55,895 bases of DNA from Clostridia bacterium (GTDB lineage Bacteria; Bacillota; Clostridia; Oscillospirales; Acutalibacteraceae), in the NCBI GenBank assembly GCA_900769535.1, contig CAAGHB010000110.1:1-55895 (forward strand), written 5' to 3'. Below the pieces are notes generated by a model, which did not search any database, was not told the DNA's origin, and saw only the letters and a list, made by a program, of their open reading frames with translations. Below are positions 19,183 through 28,543 of the stretch, in pieces. Positions within the stretch are counted from its first letter, which is position 1, and the number at the start of each line of letters is the position of its first letter. Both the position numbers and the translations under genes were made by a program.

Positions 19183-20151
19183 ATGGCAGTAAAAACAATA
19201 GGAGTTTTAACAAGCGGCGGTGACGCACCGGGAATGAACGCGGCTATTCGAGCCGTTGTGCGTACAGCACTTGCCGAAGGACTTAAAGTAAAGGGAATAA
19301 TGCGTGGCTATGCCGGACTTATTGACGAGGAAATTGTTGACCTCGATTTGCGTTCGGTATCTGATATAATTCATCGCGGCGGTACCATTCTTTATACCGC
19401 TCGTTGCCCCGAGTTTAAAACCGAGGAAGGAATGCAAACCGCAATAGCAAACGCCCGTAAGCACGGTATCGACGGAATCGTTGTTATCGGCGGAGACGGC
19501 TCGTTCAGAGGTGCACGTGACCTTTCCGAGAGAGGTTTGCCCTGCGTTGGCGTTCCGGGAACGATTGATAACGATATTTCATCTACCGAATATACAATCG
19601 GCTTTGATACAGCTATGAATACCGCTATGGAGATGGTTGACCGCCTTCGCGATACCGCTCAGTCACACGAGCGTTGCACCATCGTTGAAGTAATGGGTCG
19701 CCGTGCAGGATATATTGCGCTTCATACGGGTATCGCTGTCGGAGCAACTGCCGTTTTGGTTCCCGAGGTGCCTTTTGACCTTGAAAAAGATGTTATTAAC
19801 AAAATCGTTAATACGAAAAAATCGGGCAAAAAGCACTTTATCGTAGTAGTAGCCGAAGGCGTCGGCCGAGTAAGTGAAATCGCAAAGACCATTGAGGAAA
19901 AATGCGGAATTGAAAGCCGCGCAACCATTCTCGGTCACGTTCAGCGAGGCGGTTCACCAACCGTTCGCGACAGAGTTATGGCAAGCAATATGGGCTATGA
20001 AGCCGTTCAGCTTTTGAAGCAGGGAATCGGTAACCGAGTAGTATGCCTTAACGATGGAAAGATGGTTAATAAGGACATATTCGAAGCACTTAACGAAAAG
20101 AAGGATTACGAATTCGATTTGCACAAGGTTGCACACGATATTTCAATATAA
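19183..20151 (+). CDS. pfkA: ATP-dependent 6-phosphofructokinase
   Basis: GVLTSGGDAPGMNAAIR, IGGDGS and PGTIDND motifs. Confidence 0.96.
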   Translation: MAVKTIGVLTSGGDAPGMNAAIRAVVRTALAEGLKVKGIMRGYAGLIDEEIVDLDLRSVSDIIHRGGTILYTARCPEFKTEEGMQTAIANARKHGIDGIVVIGGDGSFRGARDLSERGLPCVGVPGTIDNDISSTEYTIGFDTAMNTAMEMVDRLRDTAQSHERCTIVEVMGRRAGYIALHTGIAVGATAVLVPEVPFDLEKDVINKIVNTKKSGKKHFIVVVAEGVGRVSEIAKTIEEKCGIESRATILGHVQRGGSPTVRDRVMASNMGYEAVQLLKQGIGNRVVCLNDGKMVNKDIFEALNEKKDYEFDLHKVAHDISI

Positions 20152-20158
20152 TTTTGAT

Positions 20159-20193
20159 GGGCGCATGAAGGTTATTTATGCGCCCGTTTGCTT
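20159..20193 (+). terminator. Rho-independent terminator after pfkA
   Basis: GGGCGCAT / ATGCGCCC stem followed by GTTTGCTT. Confidence 0.7.
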
Positions 20194-20230
20194 ATTGGTG
20201 TATAGATATAAAAAAGAGGTGTAGCATAGA

Positions 20231-20710
20231 ATGAAGCGAGACGGATATATTTCGTGGGACGAATATTTTATGGGAATAGCGGTGCTTTCGGCATATAGAA
20301 GCAAGGACCCGAATACTCAGGTCGGCGCCTGTATCGTAAGCGAAGAAAACAGGATAATGACGGTTGGCTATAACGGAATGCCAAAGGGATGCTCAGATGA
20401 CGATTACCCTTGGGAAAGGGCAGGGGACGTCCTCGATACAAAGTATGCATTCGTTTGCCATGCCGAGCTTAACGCTATACTTAATTATAACGGCGGCTCC
20501 ATGAAGGGTAGCCGTTGCTACGTAACCCTTTTTCCGTGTAACGAATGTGCAAAGGCGCTTATTCAAAAGGGAATTTCCGAGATTATCTATATGAGTGACA
20601 AATATGCCGACTCCGATACAACAAAAGCGGCAAAGAAAATGCTCGATTCCGCAGGGGTAAAATACCGCCTTTACGAAATGCAGAACAGAGAAATTTCGTT
20701 CGAGCTGTAA
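20231..20710 (+). CDS. dCMP deaminase (ComEB-type cytidine/deoxycytidylate deaminase)
   Basis: HAELNA and PCNECAK zinc-binding motifs; 159 aa. Confidence 0.92.
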   Translation: MKRDGYISWDEYFMGIAVLSAYRSKDPNTQVGACIVSEENRIMTVGYNGMPKGCSDDDYPWERAGDVLDTKYAFVCHAELNAILNYNGGSMKGSRCYVTLFPCNECAKALIQKGISEIIYMSDKYADSDTTKAAKKMLDSAGVKYRLYEMQNREISFEL

Positions 20711-20738
20711 TAATTCAGCTGTTTAAGGAGAAATAGTT

Positions 20739-21875
20739 ATGATAGTAAATAAAGCTCCTATGGGTTGGAATACTTGGAATACCTTCGGCCCGAATATCAA
20801 CGAAAAAATTATAATGGAAGCCGCCGATGCTATGGTTGAAAAGGGGCTTCTTGACGCTGGATATGAGTATCTTGTAATCGACGATTGCTGGTCATTAAAG
20901 CAACGCGACCCGGTAACCAGACGGCTTATAGCCGACCCCGAAAAATTTCCTAACGGAATGAAGGCGGTTGCTGATTACGTTCATTCAAAGGGACTCAAAT
21001 TCGGTATGTATTCCTGCGCAGGTGTACGTACCTGCGGAGATTATCCGGGTAGTTTTGACCACGAATTTATCGATGCGGAAACCTTTGCCGAGTTTGGCAT
21101 TGACTTTTTAAAATACGATTATTGCTATCGTTCATCGGTTACCGAGGGACCGATTCTCTATCACCGAATGGCAAATGCGCTAAGAGCAACCGGTCGTGAT
21201 ATAGTATTCTCTGCTTGTAACTGGGGAAAGGACGACGTATACAGTTGGATTCGGTCGACAGGTGCACACCTTTACCGTTCAACCGGTGATATTTTTGATA
21301 ATTTCCCGCGTATGAAGGAGATTGCGTCGAGCCAGTTTGACAAACAATGCTACAATACACCCGGTTGTTTTAACGATATGGATATGCTCACCGTAGGAAT
21401 GTTCGGAAGGGGACACGTCGGAACGGAAGGATGTACAGCTGAGGATTACAAAATGCAGTTCGGCCTATGGTGTATTATGGGCTCACCGCTTATTCTCGGC
21501 TGTGATATTCGAAACATCGATGACGAATCCTTAAAGCTCGTTAAAAACGAGTATTTGATTGCAATAAATCAGGATATTGATGGACGTCAAACCTTCCAAA
21601 TTACGTCAAAAAGCTGGGCTTGTCATGATGCCGCCGCCTTTGTCAAAAAGCTGGAAAACGGCGATTTCGCCCTCGGTGTGTTTAATTTTGCCGATAGAGC
21701 CGCTACCGTCGTCACACTCTTTGACGAAATCGGTTATCCTGCTAATTGCGGACTCAAATTTGAGCTTAACGATTGCTTCACGGGAGAAAAGAGTATATGC
21801 GATTCCGATTCACTCAGCTTGTACGTTGAATCCAGAGGGACAAAAATTTATCGAGTAAAGCCGGTCAAAAGATAA
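20739..21875 (+). CDS. GH27-family alpha-galactosidase, no signal peptide
   Basis: PMGWNTWN, DDCW and LKYDYC motifs are characteristic of GH27 alpha-galactosidases. Confidence 0.88.
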   Translation: MIVNKAPMGWNTWNTFGPNINEKIIMEAADAMVEKGLLDAGYEYLVIDDCWSLKQRDPVTRRLIADPEKFPNGMKAVADYVHSKGLKFGMYSCAGVRTCGDYPGSFDHEFIDAETFAEFGIDFLKYDYCYRSSVTEGPILYHRMANALRATGRDIVFSACNWGKDDVYSWIRSTGAHLYRSTGDIFDNFPRMKEIASSQFDKQCYNTPGCFNDMDMLTVGMFGRGHVGTEGCTAEDYKMQFGLWCIMGSPLILGCDIRNIDDESLKLVKNEYLIAINQDIDGRQTFQITSKSWACHDAAAFVKKLENGDFALGVFNFADRAATVVTLFDEIGYPANCGLKFELNDCFTGEKSICDSDSLSLYVESRGTKIYRVKPVKR

Positions 21876-22069
21876 TGTCAAAATGCTATAAATGTAATCG
21901 AGAGCTTATCTCTGACGAAACCGCGCTTTATAAAAAAACGGTTGACCGAATGGCAGAGGAGTTTCTGTGTATCGACTGTCTGGCCGAAAGATTTGATACA
22001 ACGCGAGATGAACTTCAAAAAATGATTGAGCGGCTTCGCGAATCGGGTTGCACCCTGTTTACAAAATAA
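21875..22069 (+). CDS. Small CxxC...CxxC zinc-ribbon protein of unknown function
   Basis: 64 aa with CYKC and CIDC pairs. Its ATG overlaps the alpha-galactosidase stop codon (TAATG). A terminator follows directly. Confidence 0.65.
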   Translation: MSKCYKCNRELISDETALYKKTVDRMAEEFLCIDCLAERFDTTRDELQKMIERLRESGCTLFTK

Positions 22070-22071
22070 AT

Positions 22072-22107
22072 TAAACGCCTGTTCACCGAGTGAACAGGCG
22101 TTTTTGT
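22072..22107. terminator. Bidirectional intrinsic terminator
   Basis: ACGCCTGTTCAC / GTGAACAGGCGT 12-bp stem with flanking A and T runs. Confidence 0.9.
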
Positions 22108-22737
22108 TTATTCATCTTCCTTTTCGAATGGGACCAGCCCCGCAACCTCAAACATTCCGCCTCTCATCCATATTGACGGATTTATAATTGCGCAGTATCC
22201 CTTTCCGTTGAGGCATTCCCAGTCGGTCAGCTTTCTTTGCGGCAGTCCGTATGTAGCCAAAATTGTTGAAATAACGCCGCCGTGAGCGCATACAACAGCG
22301 GTGGTTTTTCCCTCGGTCATCATGTGCTTTACAATGCTGTTAAAGGTGGTTCCGACTCGGGTAATAAATTCGCGTGAACTTTCGCCGTTGGGCACGGTTG
22401 CATCAATATCATTGTGCTGTGTCCATTTAATATAATCCTCGTTATCCTTTAACTCGCTGTGCGTTTTGCCCTCGAAATCGCCGAAGTTGTATTCAATAAG
22501 TCCCGGTACGACGATTGTATCGCAGTCGGGATAAAGAAGGTCGAGGGTCTGCCTGCATCTTGTCATAGGACTTGAATAAAAAAGCTCGGCATCGGGGTAA
22601 AAGTATTTTTCCTTCATTTTTTCGAGCATTTGAAGCCCTTCGGGTATAACGGGAATATCTGTACGACCGATATATTGACCTTTTAAATTTCCTTCGGTCA
22701 AGCCGTGACGGATAAAATAAATTTTATAGGTTTTCAC
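22108..22737 (-). CDS. Histidine phosphatase (phosphoglycerate mutase-like) family protein
   Basis: YFIRHGLTEGN catalytic RHG motif at the N-terminus and a second His in CAHGG; GTG start. Confidence 0.88.
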   Translation of the reverse strand: MKTYKIYFIRHGLTEGNLKGQYIGRTDIPVIPEGLQMLEKMKEKYFYPDAELFYSSPMTRCRQTLDLLYPDCDTIVVPGLIEYNFGDFEGKTHSELKDNEDYIKWTQHNDIDATVPNGESSREFITRVGTTFNSIVKHMMTEGKTTAVVCAHGGVISTILATYGLPQRKLTDWECLNGKGYCAIINPSIWMRGGMFEVAGLVPFEKEDE

Positions 22738-22859
22738 TTGTCATTCCGCCTTTTTATTTTATAAGCATATTATACATCTCAAAATACGATATTTCAATAA
22801 TTTATTTAGCCCGAAATTCGCTTTATCCGACAATAAAACACAAGATAAAAAGATTTCTC

Positions 22860-22888
22860 TTGTAATTCTTGGCATATATTGTTATAAT
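22860..22888 (+). promoter_or_regulatory. Sigma-A-type promoter upstream of nrdR
   Basis: TTGTAA, 17-nt spacer, TATAAT with a TGT extended -10. Confidence 0.6.
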
Positions 22889-22926
22889 GTATTATGTAAA
22901 CAAAAAAATCAGGATGGTGAAATTGA

Positions 22927-23382
22927 ATGAAATGCCCATATTGTTCATTTGAAGAAAGCAAGGTTATCGATTCACGACCGACCGACGAAGGCGAAAGAAT
23001 AAGACGCCGTCGCGAATGCCTTAATTGTCAAAAGCGATTCACTACCTACGAAATTATTGAAAGTTTACCTATCATCGTTATTAAAAAGGATAAGAGCAGG
23101 GAGCAGTTTAATCGCGAAAAGGTGCTTAACGGGCTTATGAGGGCTTGCGAAAAGCGTCCTGTTTCGCTCGATACTATCGAAAAAATTGTTGACGACATCG
23201 AAGCAACAATCAGCAATTCTCTTGACCGCGAAGTTTCGACAAGAAAAATCGGCGAGCTTATAATGGACAAGCTCAAAAATGTTGACGAGGTTGCCTATGT
23301 GCGCTTTGCATCGGTTTACCGTCAGTTTAAGGATATCAATACGTTTATGGAAGAGCTTAATAATCTTCTGCGGGAGAAATAA
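22927..23382 (+). CDS. nrdR: Transcriptional repressor NrdR (zinc ribbon + ATP-cone)
   Basis: MKCPYC...VIDSR......[17 protein letters not shown] is the canonical NrdR N-terminus. Confidence 0.96.
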   Translation: MKCPYCSFEESKVIDSRPTDEGERIRRRRECLNCQKRFTTYEIIESLPIIVIKKDKSREQFNREKVLNGLMRACEKRPVSLDTIEKIVDDIEATISNSLDREVSTRKIGELIMDKLKNVDEVAYVRFASVYRQFKDINTFMEELNNLLREK

Positions 23383-23900
23383 TGACGAGAACAAGGGTTT
23401 GTTGCTTTACGGGACACCGACCGGAAGCGCTTTTTTCAGAGTGCGGCGAAGCCGAGATATACGGTCGCATTTTAGCTGCCGTTGAGGATGCAATTCTTGA
23501 CGGATATGCCGAATTTTACTGCGGAGGATGCCGAGGCGGCGATTTTCTTTTTGGCGAAGCAGTTATCGAACTGAAAGAAAAATATCCCGAAATCAGTCTT
23601 GTTTGCGTACTCCCGTTTAGAGGGCAGTCGGAGTATTGGTCAAACGAGGACAGGGACAGATATGCTGATTTGCTTGACAATTCCGACCATGTAATCTGCC
23701 TCAACGATAGCTTTAAAAAAGGGTGTATGCATCAGCGAAACAGGTATATTGTCGATCGTTCATCCCTTCTTATTTCCGCCTTTAACGGAACAAAAGGGGG
23801 AACCGAGTTTACCGTCAATTATGCAAAAAAGCAAGGACTTCGAATAGTCAATGTCCTTACTTTTATCAGCGATGAAGATTTTCAGTTATCATTTGAATAA
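23382..23900 (+). CDS. DUF1273 / SLOG-superfamily protein (YpsA-like)
   Basis: 172 aa. CCFTGHRP, a GGCRGGD glycine-rich loop and a GGTEFTV motif match the SLOG cluster as I recall it. The ATG overlaps the nrdR stop (TAATG). Confidence 0.7.
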   Translation: MTRTRVCCFTGHRPEALFSECGEAEIYGRILAAVEDAILDGYAEFYCGGCRGGDFLFGEAVIELKEKYPEISLVCVLPFRGQSEYWSNEDRDRYADLLDNSDHVICLNDSFKKGCMHQRNRYIVDRSSLLISAFNGTKGGTEFTVNYAKKQGLRIVNVLTFISDEDFQLSFE

Positions 23901-24153
23901 GTTGATTTTCAAGCTTTGTTACAGGCGCGGTCAAAAATGACTGCGCCCTTTCTGTTTTTTCATCTTTGTTTGAAATACCGATTTTTTTGTTAAACACGGT
24001 TATCTCCTCGTCTGTAACCGAGAAGGTGGGGGAATGGTCGTCGTAGCCGATTTTTCGGGTGGTTTCATCGGCGTGTATTATGATAATAAAGGTGATAAGC
24101 GGAATGAGGGTTGCCAGCAGGGTAATTGTAAATGCACGAAAAAAACTTTTCAT
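23866..24153 (-). CDS. Small membrane protein of unknown function (95 aa), translationally coupled to gpr
   Basis: ATGA start/stop overlap with gpr. N-terminal TM segment FFRAFTITLLATLIPLITFIIII. This is the in-frame 3' part of the 206-aa track ORF. Confidence 0.5.
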   Translation of the reverse strand: MKSFFRAFTITLLATLIPLITFIIIIHADETTRKIGYDDHSPTFSVTDEEITVFNKKIGISNKDEKTERAQSFLTAPVTKLENQLIQMITENLHR

Positions 24154-25010
24154 ATTAAACCCAGTATAGTTTCTCGGTCGATGCCCTGTTGAAGCGCATA
24201 GTTTATTGCCATGGATACGGTGGAGGCGCCTCGTGATACGAGAAGGTCGATTTCCTGCGGAGTTACAATCATTTTTGCCCCTCGCGGATTGACCGTCTTT
24301 TCGCATTCGTGACCTGTAAGGTCCTGCGCCAAGGTAACTGCATCCACCACAGTTGGAATACCTACCGAAATAACCGGTACGCCTATCGTCTTTTTGCTTA
24401 TTTCCGCCCTCGCGTTTCCTACCCCCGAGCCGGGACAAATTCCCGCATCGGACATTTGAATTGTGCAGCCGAGTCGGCTGAGACACCTTGATGCAAGCGC
24501 ATCAATTACGATTACCGCCGCCGGATTTATAAGCTTTGCAATACCGGCTATAATTTCGCCCGTTTCAATTCCTGTTTGACCGAGCACTCCGGGCGAAATT
24601 ACAGCCACCGGCCGCATATCATCGAGCCCTATTGACCTTGCAATTTCGCCTTCGATATGCCGGGTTGCAAGTACTCCGTTTGCCGCCTTCGGTCCTATTG
24701 CGTCGGGTGTGATTGCGGTGTTTCCGAGCCCTGCAACAAGCACAAGTCCCTTTGGTAAAAATTCAATAAGCTCGTCGCATACGGCATTTATGGCGTTTTC
24801 GTTCATTTCACCGCTGTCGGTGAGAGGTGGTGTTTCGACCGTAACGTATGTGCCGATGGGCTTACCGAGAGCCCTTTCACCGTTTTTGTTTTTTATTTTA
24901 ATCCTTGTGATTTTTATATCGTCTAAAACGGTTTCTTCGCTTTCGATTCCGTCGGTTTGGTTGGGATTAAGTTCCTTTTGCTCTAATGCAAGGTCGGTTC
25001 TTATTGACAT
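24150..25010 (-). CDS. gpr: Germination protease GPR (spore endopeptidase)
   Basis: MSIRTDLALE N-terminus is typical of GPR. ATG at 25010 has SD GGAGG 5 nt upstream; the track start at 25022 is a TTG inside that SD. Confidence 0.92.
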   Translation of the reverse strand: MSIRTDLALEQKELNPNQTDGIESEETVLDDIKITRIKIKNKNGERALGKPIGTYVTVETPPLTDSGEMNENAINAVCDELIEFLPKGLVLVAGLGNTAITPDAIGPKAANGVLATRHIEGEIARSIGLDDMRPVAVISPGVLGQTGIETGEIIAGIAKLINPAAVIVIDALASRCLSRLGCTIQMSDAGICPGSGVGNARAEISKKTIGVPVISVGIPTVVDAVTLAQDLTGHECEKTVNPRGAKMIVTPQEIDLLVSRGASTVSMAINYALQQGIDRETILGLI

Positions 25011-25098
25011 TTCTGCCTCCAAAAGTATTGTTTTTACGCTATATTATGTGCAGAAAGGCCGAAAATAAAAAATATTGAGCCATTATTGTAAAAAATAC

Positions 25099-25127
25099 TT
25101 GCAATTTATAATAATAAATGGTATGAT
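25099..25127 (+). promoter_or_regulatory. Sigma-A-type promoter upstream of rpsT
   Basis: TTGCAA, 17-nt spacer, TATGAT. Confidence 0.55.
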
Positions 25128-25176
25128 AACTGTTGCTTATTAAAGATTTTATGTAATTTTTGAAGGAGGTGTAAGT

Positions 25177-25437
25177 ATGCCTAATATCAAATCCGCTAAA
25201 AAACGTGTTTTGGTTGCCGAAGTTAGAACAGCCCGTAACAAGGCTCGCAATTCTGCACTGAAAACCTCCATAAAAAAGGCTAACGCTGCTATTGAAACCA
25301 ACGCTGCCGATAAGGTAGAAGTTGTAAAGGCAGCTGTAAAGAGCATTGATCAGGCTGCTGCGAAGGGAATTATTCACAAGAACTGTGCAGCTCACAAGAA
25401 GTCAGCAATGATCAAAAAGTTAAACGCCGCTGAATAA
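25177..25437 (+). CDS. rpsT: 30S ribosomal protein S20
   Basis: MPNIKSAKKRV......R.RN N-terminus; 86 aa, basic; SD AAGGAGGTG. Confidence 0.96.
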   Translation: MPNIKSAKKRVLVAEVRTARNKARNSALKTSIKKANAAIETNAADKVEVVKAAVKSIDQAAAKGIIHKNCAAHKKSAMIKKLNAAE

Positions 25438-25451
25438 TTTTAATGTAAAAT

Positions 25452-25493
25452 AAAAAAATGCTTTGTACCGACCGGTACAAAGCATTTTTTTAT
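25452..25493. terminator. Bidirectional intrinsic terminator (rpsT / flavin reductase-like gene)
   Basis: ATGCTTTGTACCG / CGGTACAAAGCAT stem flanked by A7 and T7 runs. Confidence 0.9.
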
Positions 25494-25496
25494 TAT

Positions 25497-25988
25497 TTAT
25501 TCTTTTACAAGCACCTTTACGATTTCACCTACGTACATTCTGTGAAAATCGTTGTCATACCATTTGAGACAACCCTCATCAACGAATCCGTCTGCTTTAA
25601 GGTCGCTTGCGTACAGTTTTTTGCATATTACCGTCAGCCGTGCCTCGTCAAAGGTAACCGTGCCGTCGATATAAACGGGGGTGAGTCCGGCTTCGGCGGT
25701 TTTGTTGATGTCTCTACCGCTTTTTTTACCGCAAACAGCGTGAATATCCTTTTTGTCCCCGTAAAATGATAGGGTGAAAAGGTCGCTTTTTTCAATAAAT
25801 TCGTAGGTGTACCTTTGAGGACGTATAACTGTGACGGCAACGTCCTTGCCCCACATTTCGCCCATTCCGCCCCAGCTTGCGGTCATCATGTTGTATCCGT
25901 TTTGGTCTCCTGCGGTGACAAGCATCCATTCGTCAGCAATGAGTTTTATAATATTATCCTTTATTTCCTTTGCCGTAATTTCTTTCAT
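25497..25988 (-). CDS. Flavin reductase-like (FMN-binding split-barrel) family protein
   Basis: 163 aa. The pattern LVTAGD...NMMTASWGG is typical of this family. Confidence 0.7.
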   Translation of the reverse strand: MKEITAKEIKDNIIKLIADEWMLVTAGDQNGYNMMTASWGGMGEMWGKDVAVTVIRPQRYTYEFIEKSDLFTLSFYGDKKDIHAVCGKKSGRDINKTAEAGLTPVYIDGTVTFDEARLTVICKKLYASDLKADGFVDEGCLKWYDNDFHRMYVGEIVKVLVKE

Positions 25989-26050
25989 AAATAAATCAAC
26001 TCCCTTTACGCTACTGATTTTATCATATTTTATTCGTATTTACAAGCGGA

Positions 26051-28351
26051 TTATGCCGCATTTTCGATAATTGCCACCATAACGGTAATGTCGTCCTCGT
26101 GTCCTTTTTCGCATCGACGGAGGGCCATATCGGCGAGTTTTTCGGCAAGTTTTTGAGCCGAGCCGTCACGCCATAAGCCGATTTCGTGCGAAATCCATTC
26201 GATGCCGTCGACAGCGGCACCGTCGGACATCATAACTACGATATCGCCCTTTGCTAAGTTTACTCCGGCGCAGTCGAATTTCACCTCGCGAAGTATACCT
26301 GCGGGTAGGGATGTGCTTTCGGCACGGCCTGTGTATCCGCGTTGACGTATAACGGTAGGCGCGGCACCTGCCTTATACATATCCATGCGTCCTGAAAAAA
26401 GGTCTATGTTAGCCGCATCAACCGTTGCAAGTGACTCGTCCACCGATTTAAAAATCATTGCGGAGTTGACTATTTTCAGCGAGCAGTCAAAGCCGAAACC
26501 TGCCTTTATCAGCTGCGCCATAAGGCCTGACGCCATAGCCGAGTCAACTGCGGCCCTGCCGCCTGTACCCATTCCGTCGGAAAGAATCATAACGGCGTTT
26601 CCTTTTCCGTCGGTGAAAATATCGCCCGAATCGCCGCATATTTTTGCGCCTCGGCAGGAATGCTGTGCAATTCCGTAGTCAATGGCGTACACCGCCTTTT
26701 CGGACAGTGTGATGAGATTTCTTCTTTCGTTCGATACAATCGTTGGCGGCTCAAATTCTCTGCCGCAAATGTCAGAAACGGCTTTTACAAGCTCCGACCT
26801 GTTTATAAGCTTGTTCATTACGCCGGTACGTATTTCTACCGTCATGTGACCGAATTTGTCTATTGAGCAGGCAATGTCGGTTGAAATGATACCGATTTCT
26901 TTCAGCCGTGAATTTAGAAGTCGAGCCGTTTGTATATCGTATTTTCTGGATTTTTCAAAATCTACCGCCATTTCTCTGAGCATATCCGACATCCCTTGAA
27001 ACTGGTCGCATACTACGCCCCTTACCTCGTCGATTCGCTTTTGCGCCTTTTGCTTCGAAATAAAATCGCCGTATTCCGCTTCGAGCCGCTCTCTTATTTT
27101 TTCCTTTCTCGTGCATGTGTTGTAAAGGGGGATTTCTTGCTCATTACCGCCGCATATTTCCTTTATTATCATCGCCATCGAGGAAAGGGTATTCTCGCGC
27201 TCTTTTTCCCAGCAGTGCATTCTCAGTCCGCATTCGGCGCATACGCTTTTTTCGGTCAGCCGAAATATTTGGTCATATTCTGGCGTGTTGATTTTTGCAA
27301 GGCGGTTTGATACCTTTTTGAGCGTTTTGTCAATGTTCATCAGCGCGTCTGAGGCGCCTTTGAGACGCATTGATACGGTCTTTCTTAGCCCGTCTAGGCG
27401 TGGCATTTCGGGCGCAGGAGCAAAAAAGGCAGAAAAGAAAATTTGCATTTTTTTCGGCATAACAAGCGCGAAAATTATGCTTATTATTATTTCGTATAAT
27501 AACGTGAGACTGGCGTTTGCCTGGCCCGACTGAATAAAAATCACCGTACTGCTGACCAAAAACGCTGCCGCAGAGCCGATTATGCCAAAGTGGGCAAACA
27601 GTCCTGCCACCATTCCGCCCAAGCTGTATGCCCCTGCCAAAAACATCATTGACCCCGATATAAGCGACATCGCAAAGCCGAGTGATGCGCCTACAATGGC
27701 TCCCGCTGTCTCGCGACCGTACCGAGCCGCAGAGATAATGAGAAATACGGCAATAACCCTTGCGACAGATATGCCCATAATTTCGATTTCGGCGAGTGAC
27801 ATTATAAGCATCGAAAATACTACCGCTGTGCTTACGAGATCGGCTTGTCCTATTCCGTGGGGAGACCGTGCCGAATCCTTTATTTTTGCCGCCTTGTTTA
27901 TGAAATAAGCTCCCGACGCGCATATAAATCCTTCGGCAACGCACATTATAAAATCATTGAAGTTCGAAATGAACAACAGTCCGGATAACGAGCCAACTCC
28001 GCCTAAAAGGGCGCAAAATCCGCTGTTATTGGTTATTTTCAGCTTGTCAGGCAGTATCCATTTGAGCATTGTAACGGTGATAACTGCGCCTATGTATCTT
28101 ATTCCGCCGCCGCTTGTAATTGGTATAAAATATCCTGTTGCGGCGCCGATAGCGGCAGCAATCGACATTTCGCAGGGCATACCTGCGGCCGCGGCTATTC
28201 CAAGCGGCGCATATCCGTTAAAAAACATTACACGCGAAAGTAAAAATCCGCAAACCGCTGAAATTAGTTGACATAAAACCGCAAATGGCAACTCTGCCAA
28301 CTGTTTTTTACCTATGTATTTTTTTACTGCATTTTCTTTCAACATTTCCAC
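26051..28351 (-). CDS. spoIIE: Stage II sporulation protein E (membrane PP2C phosphatase)
   Basis: Long N-terminal hydrophobic multi-TM region, then a C-terminal PP2C domain (CGDS...LSDGMGTGGRAA...MSDG). The start may be the ATG at 28345. Confidence 0.92.
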   Translation of the reverse strand: MEMLKENAVKKYIGKKQLAELPFAVLCQLISAVCGFLLSRVMFFNGYAPLGIAAAAGMPCEMSIAAAIGAATGYFIPITSGGGIRYIGAVITVTMLKWILPDKLKITNNSGFCALLGGVGSLSGLLFISNFNDFIMCVAEGFICASGAYFINKAAKIKDSARSPHGIGQADLVSTAVVFSMLIMSLAEIEIMGISVARVIAVFLIISAARYGRETAGAIVGASLGFAMSLISGSMMFLAGAYSLGGMVAGLFAHFGIIGSAAAFLVSSTVIFIQSGQANASLTLLYEIIISIIFALVMPKKMQIFFSAFFAPAPEMPRLDGLRKTVSMRLKGASDALMNIDKTLKKVSNRLAKINTPEYDQIFRLTEKSVCAECGLRMHCWEKERENTLSSMAMIIKEICGGNEQEIPLYNTCTRKEKIRERLEAEYGDFISKQKAQKRIDEVRGVVCDQFQGMSDMLREMAVDFEKSRKYDIQTARLLNSRLKEIGIISTDIACSIDKFGHMTVEIRTGVMNKLINRSELVKAVSDICGREFEPPTIVSNERRNLITLSEKAVYAIDYGIAQHSCRGAKICGDSGDIFTDGKGNAVMILSDGMGTGGRAAVDSAMASGLMAQLIKAGFGFDCSLKIVNSAMIFKSVDESLATVDAANIDLFSGRMDMYKAGAAPTVIRQRGYTGRAESTSLPAGILREVKFDCAGVNLAKGDIVVMMSDGAAVDGIEWISHEIGLWRDGSAQKLAEKLADMALRRCEKGHEDDITVMVAIIENAA

Positions 28352-28511
28352 CGCCTATAATTTATCTGTGTTTATTATAATGTAACGGCGGTACCAAATT
28401 TGTCACAAGCGGTATGAATGAATAGGTAGTTTTATGGCGCTAAATGCCGAAATTAAATTTTATTAAAAGAAAGAGGAGGTGTAATAGAATAATAAAGTAA
28501 AAAAATTCCAC

Positions 28512-28540
28512 TTGACTAATTTTCATAGGGGATATATAAT
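28512..28540 (+). promoter_or_regulatory. Near-consensus sigma-A promoter of the lexA-like cassette
   Basis: TTGACT, 17-nt spacer, TATAAT. Confidence 0.7.
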
Positions 28541-28543
28541 TTA

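Noticed and set aside
22838-22866. ACAAGA-N12-TCTTGT inverted repeat upstream of nrdR as a possible NrdR box
   Set aside because: It does not match the NrdR-box consensus I know (about 16-bp acaCwAtATaTwGtgt palindromes, usually in tandem upstream of nrd genes). Only 6-bp arms are present.
24154-24486. 5' two-thirds of the 206-aa minus-strand track ORF (23866-24486)
   Set aside because: It lies entirely inside the well-supported gpr gene in another frame and has an arginine/glycine-rich nonsense-like composition. Only the part from the ATG at 24153, coupled to the gpr stop, was kept.
28387-28395. GGCGGTACC, which on the minus strand reads GGTACCGCC and resembles the T-box core GGTACCGCG, upstream of spoIIE
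   Set aside because: It is only about 40 nt from the spoIIE start. There is no specifier-loop, antiterminator or terminator architecture, and spoIIE is not an aminoacyl-tRNA-related gene. It is more simply a short stem complementary to the spoIIE SD region.
28444-28500. Orphan perfect Shine-Dalgarno AGAGGAGGTG (28472-28482) and an 18-codon mini-ORF (MPKLNFIKRKRRCNRIIK) in the spoIIE-lexA spacer
   Set aside because: No ATG/GTG/TTG lies 5-12 nt downstream of the SD. The mini-ORF contains the SD rather than following one and has no SD of its own. It may be a decayed gene start, but this is not supportable.
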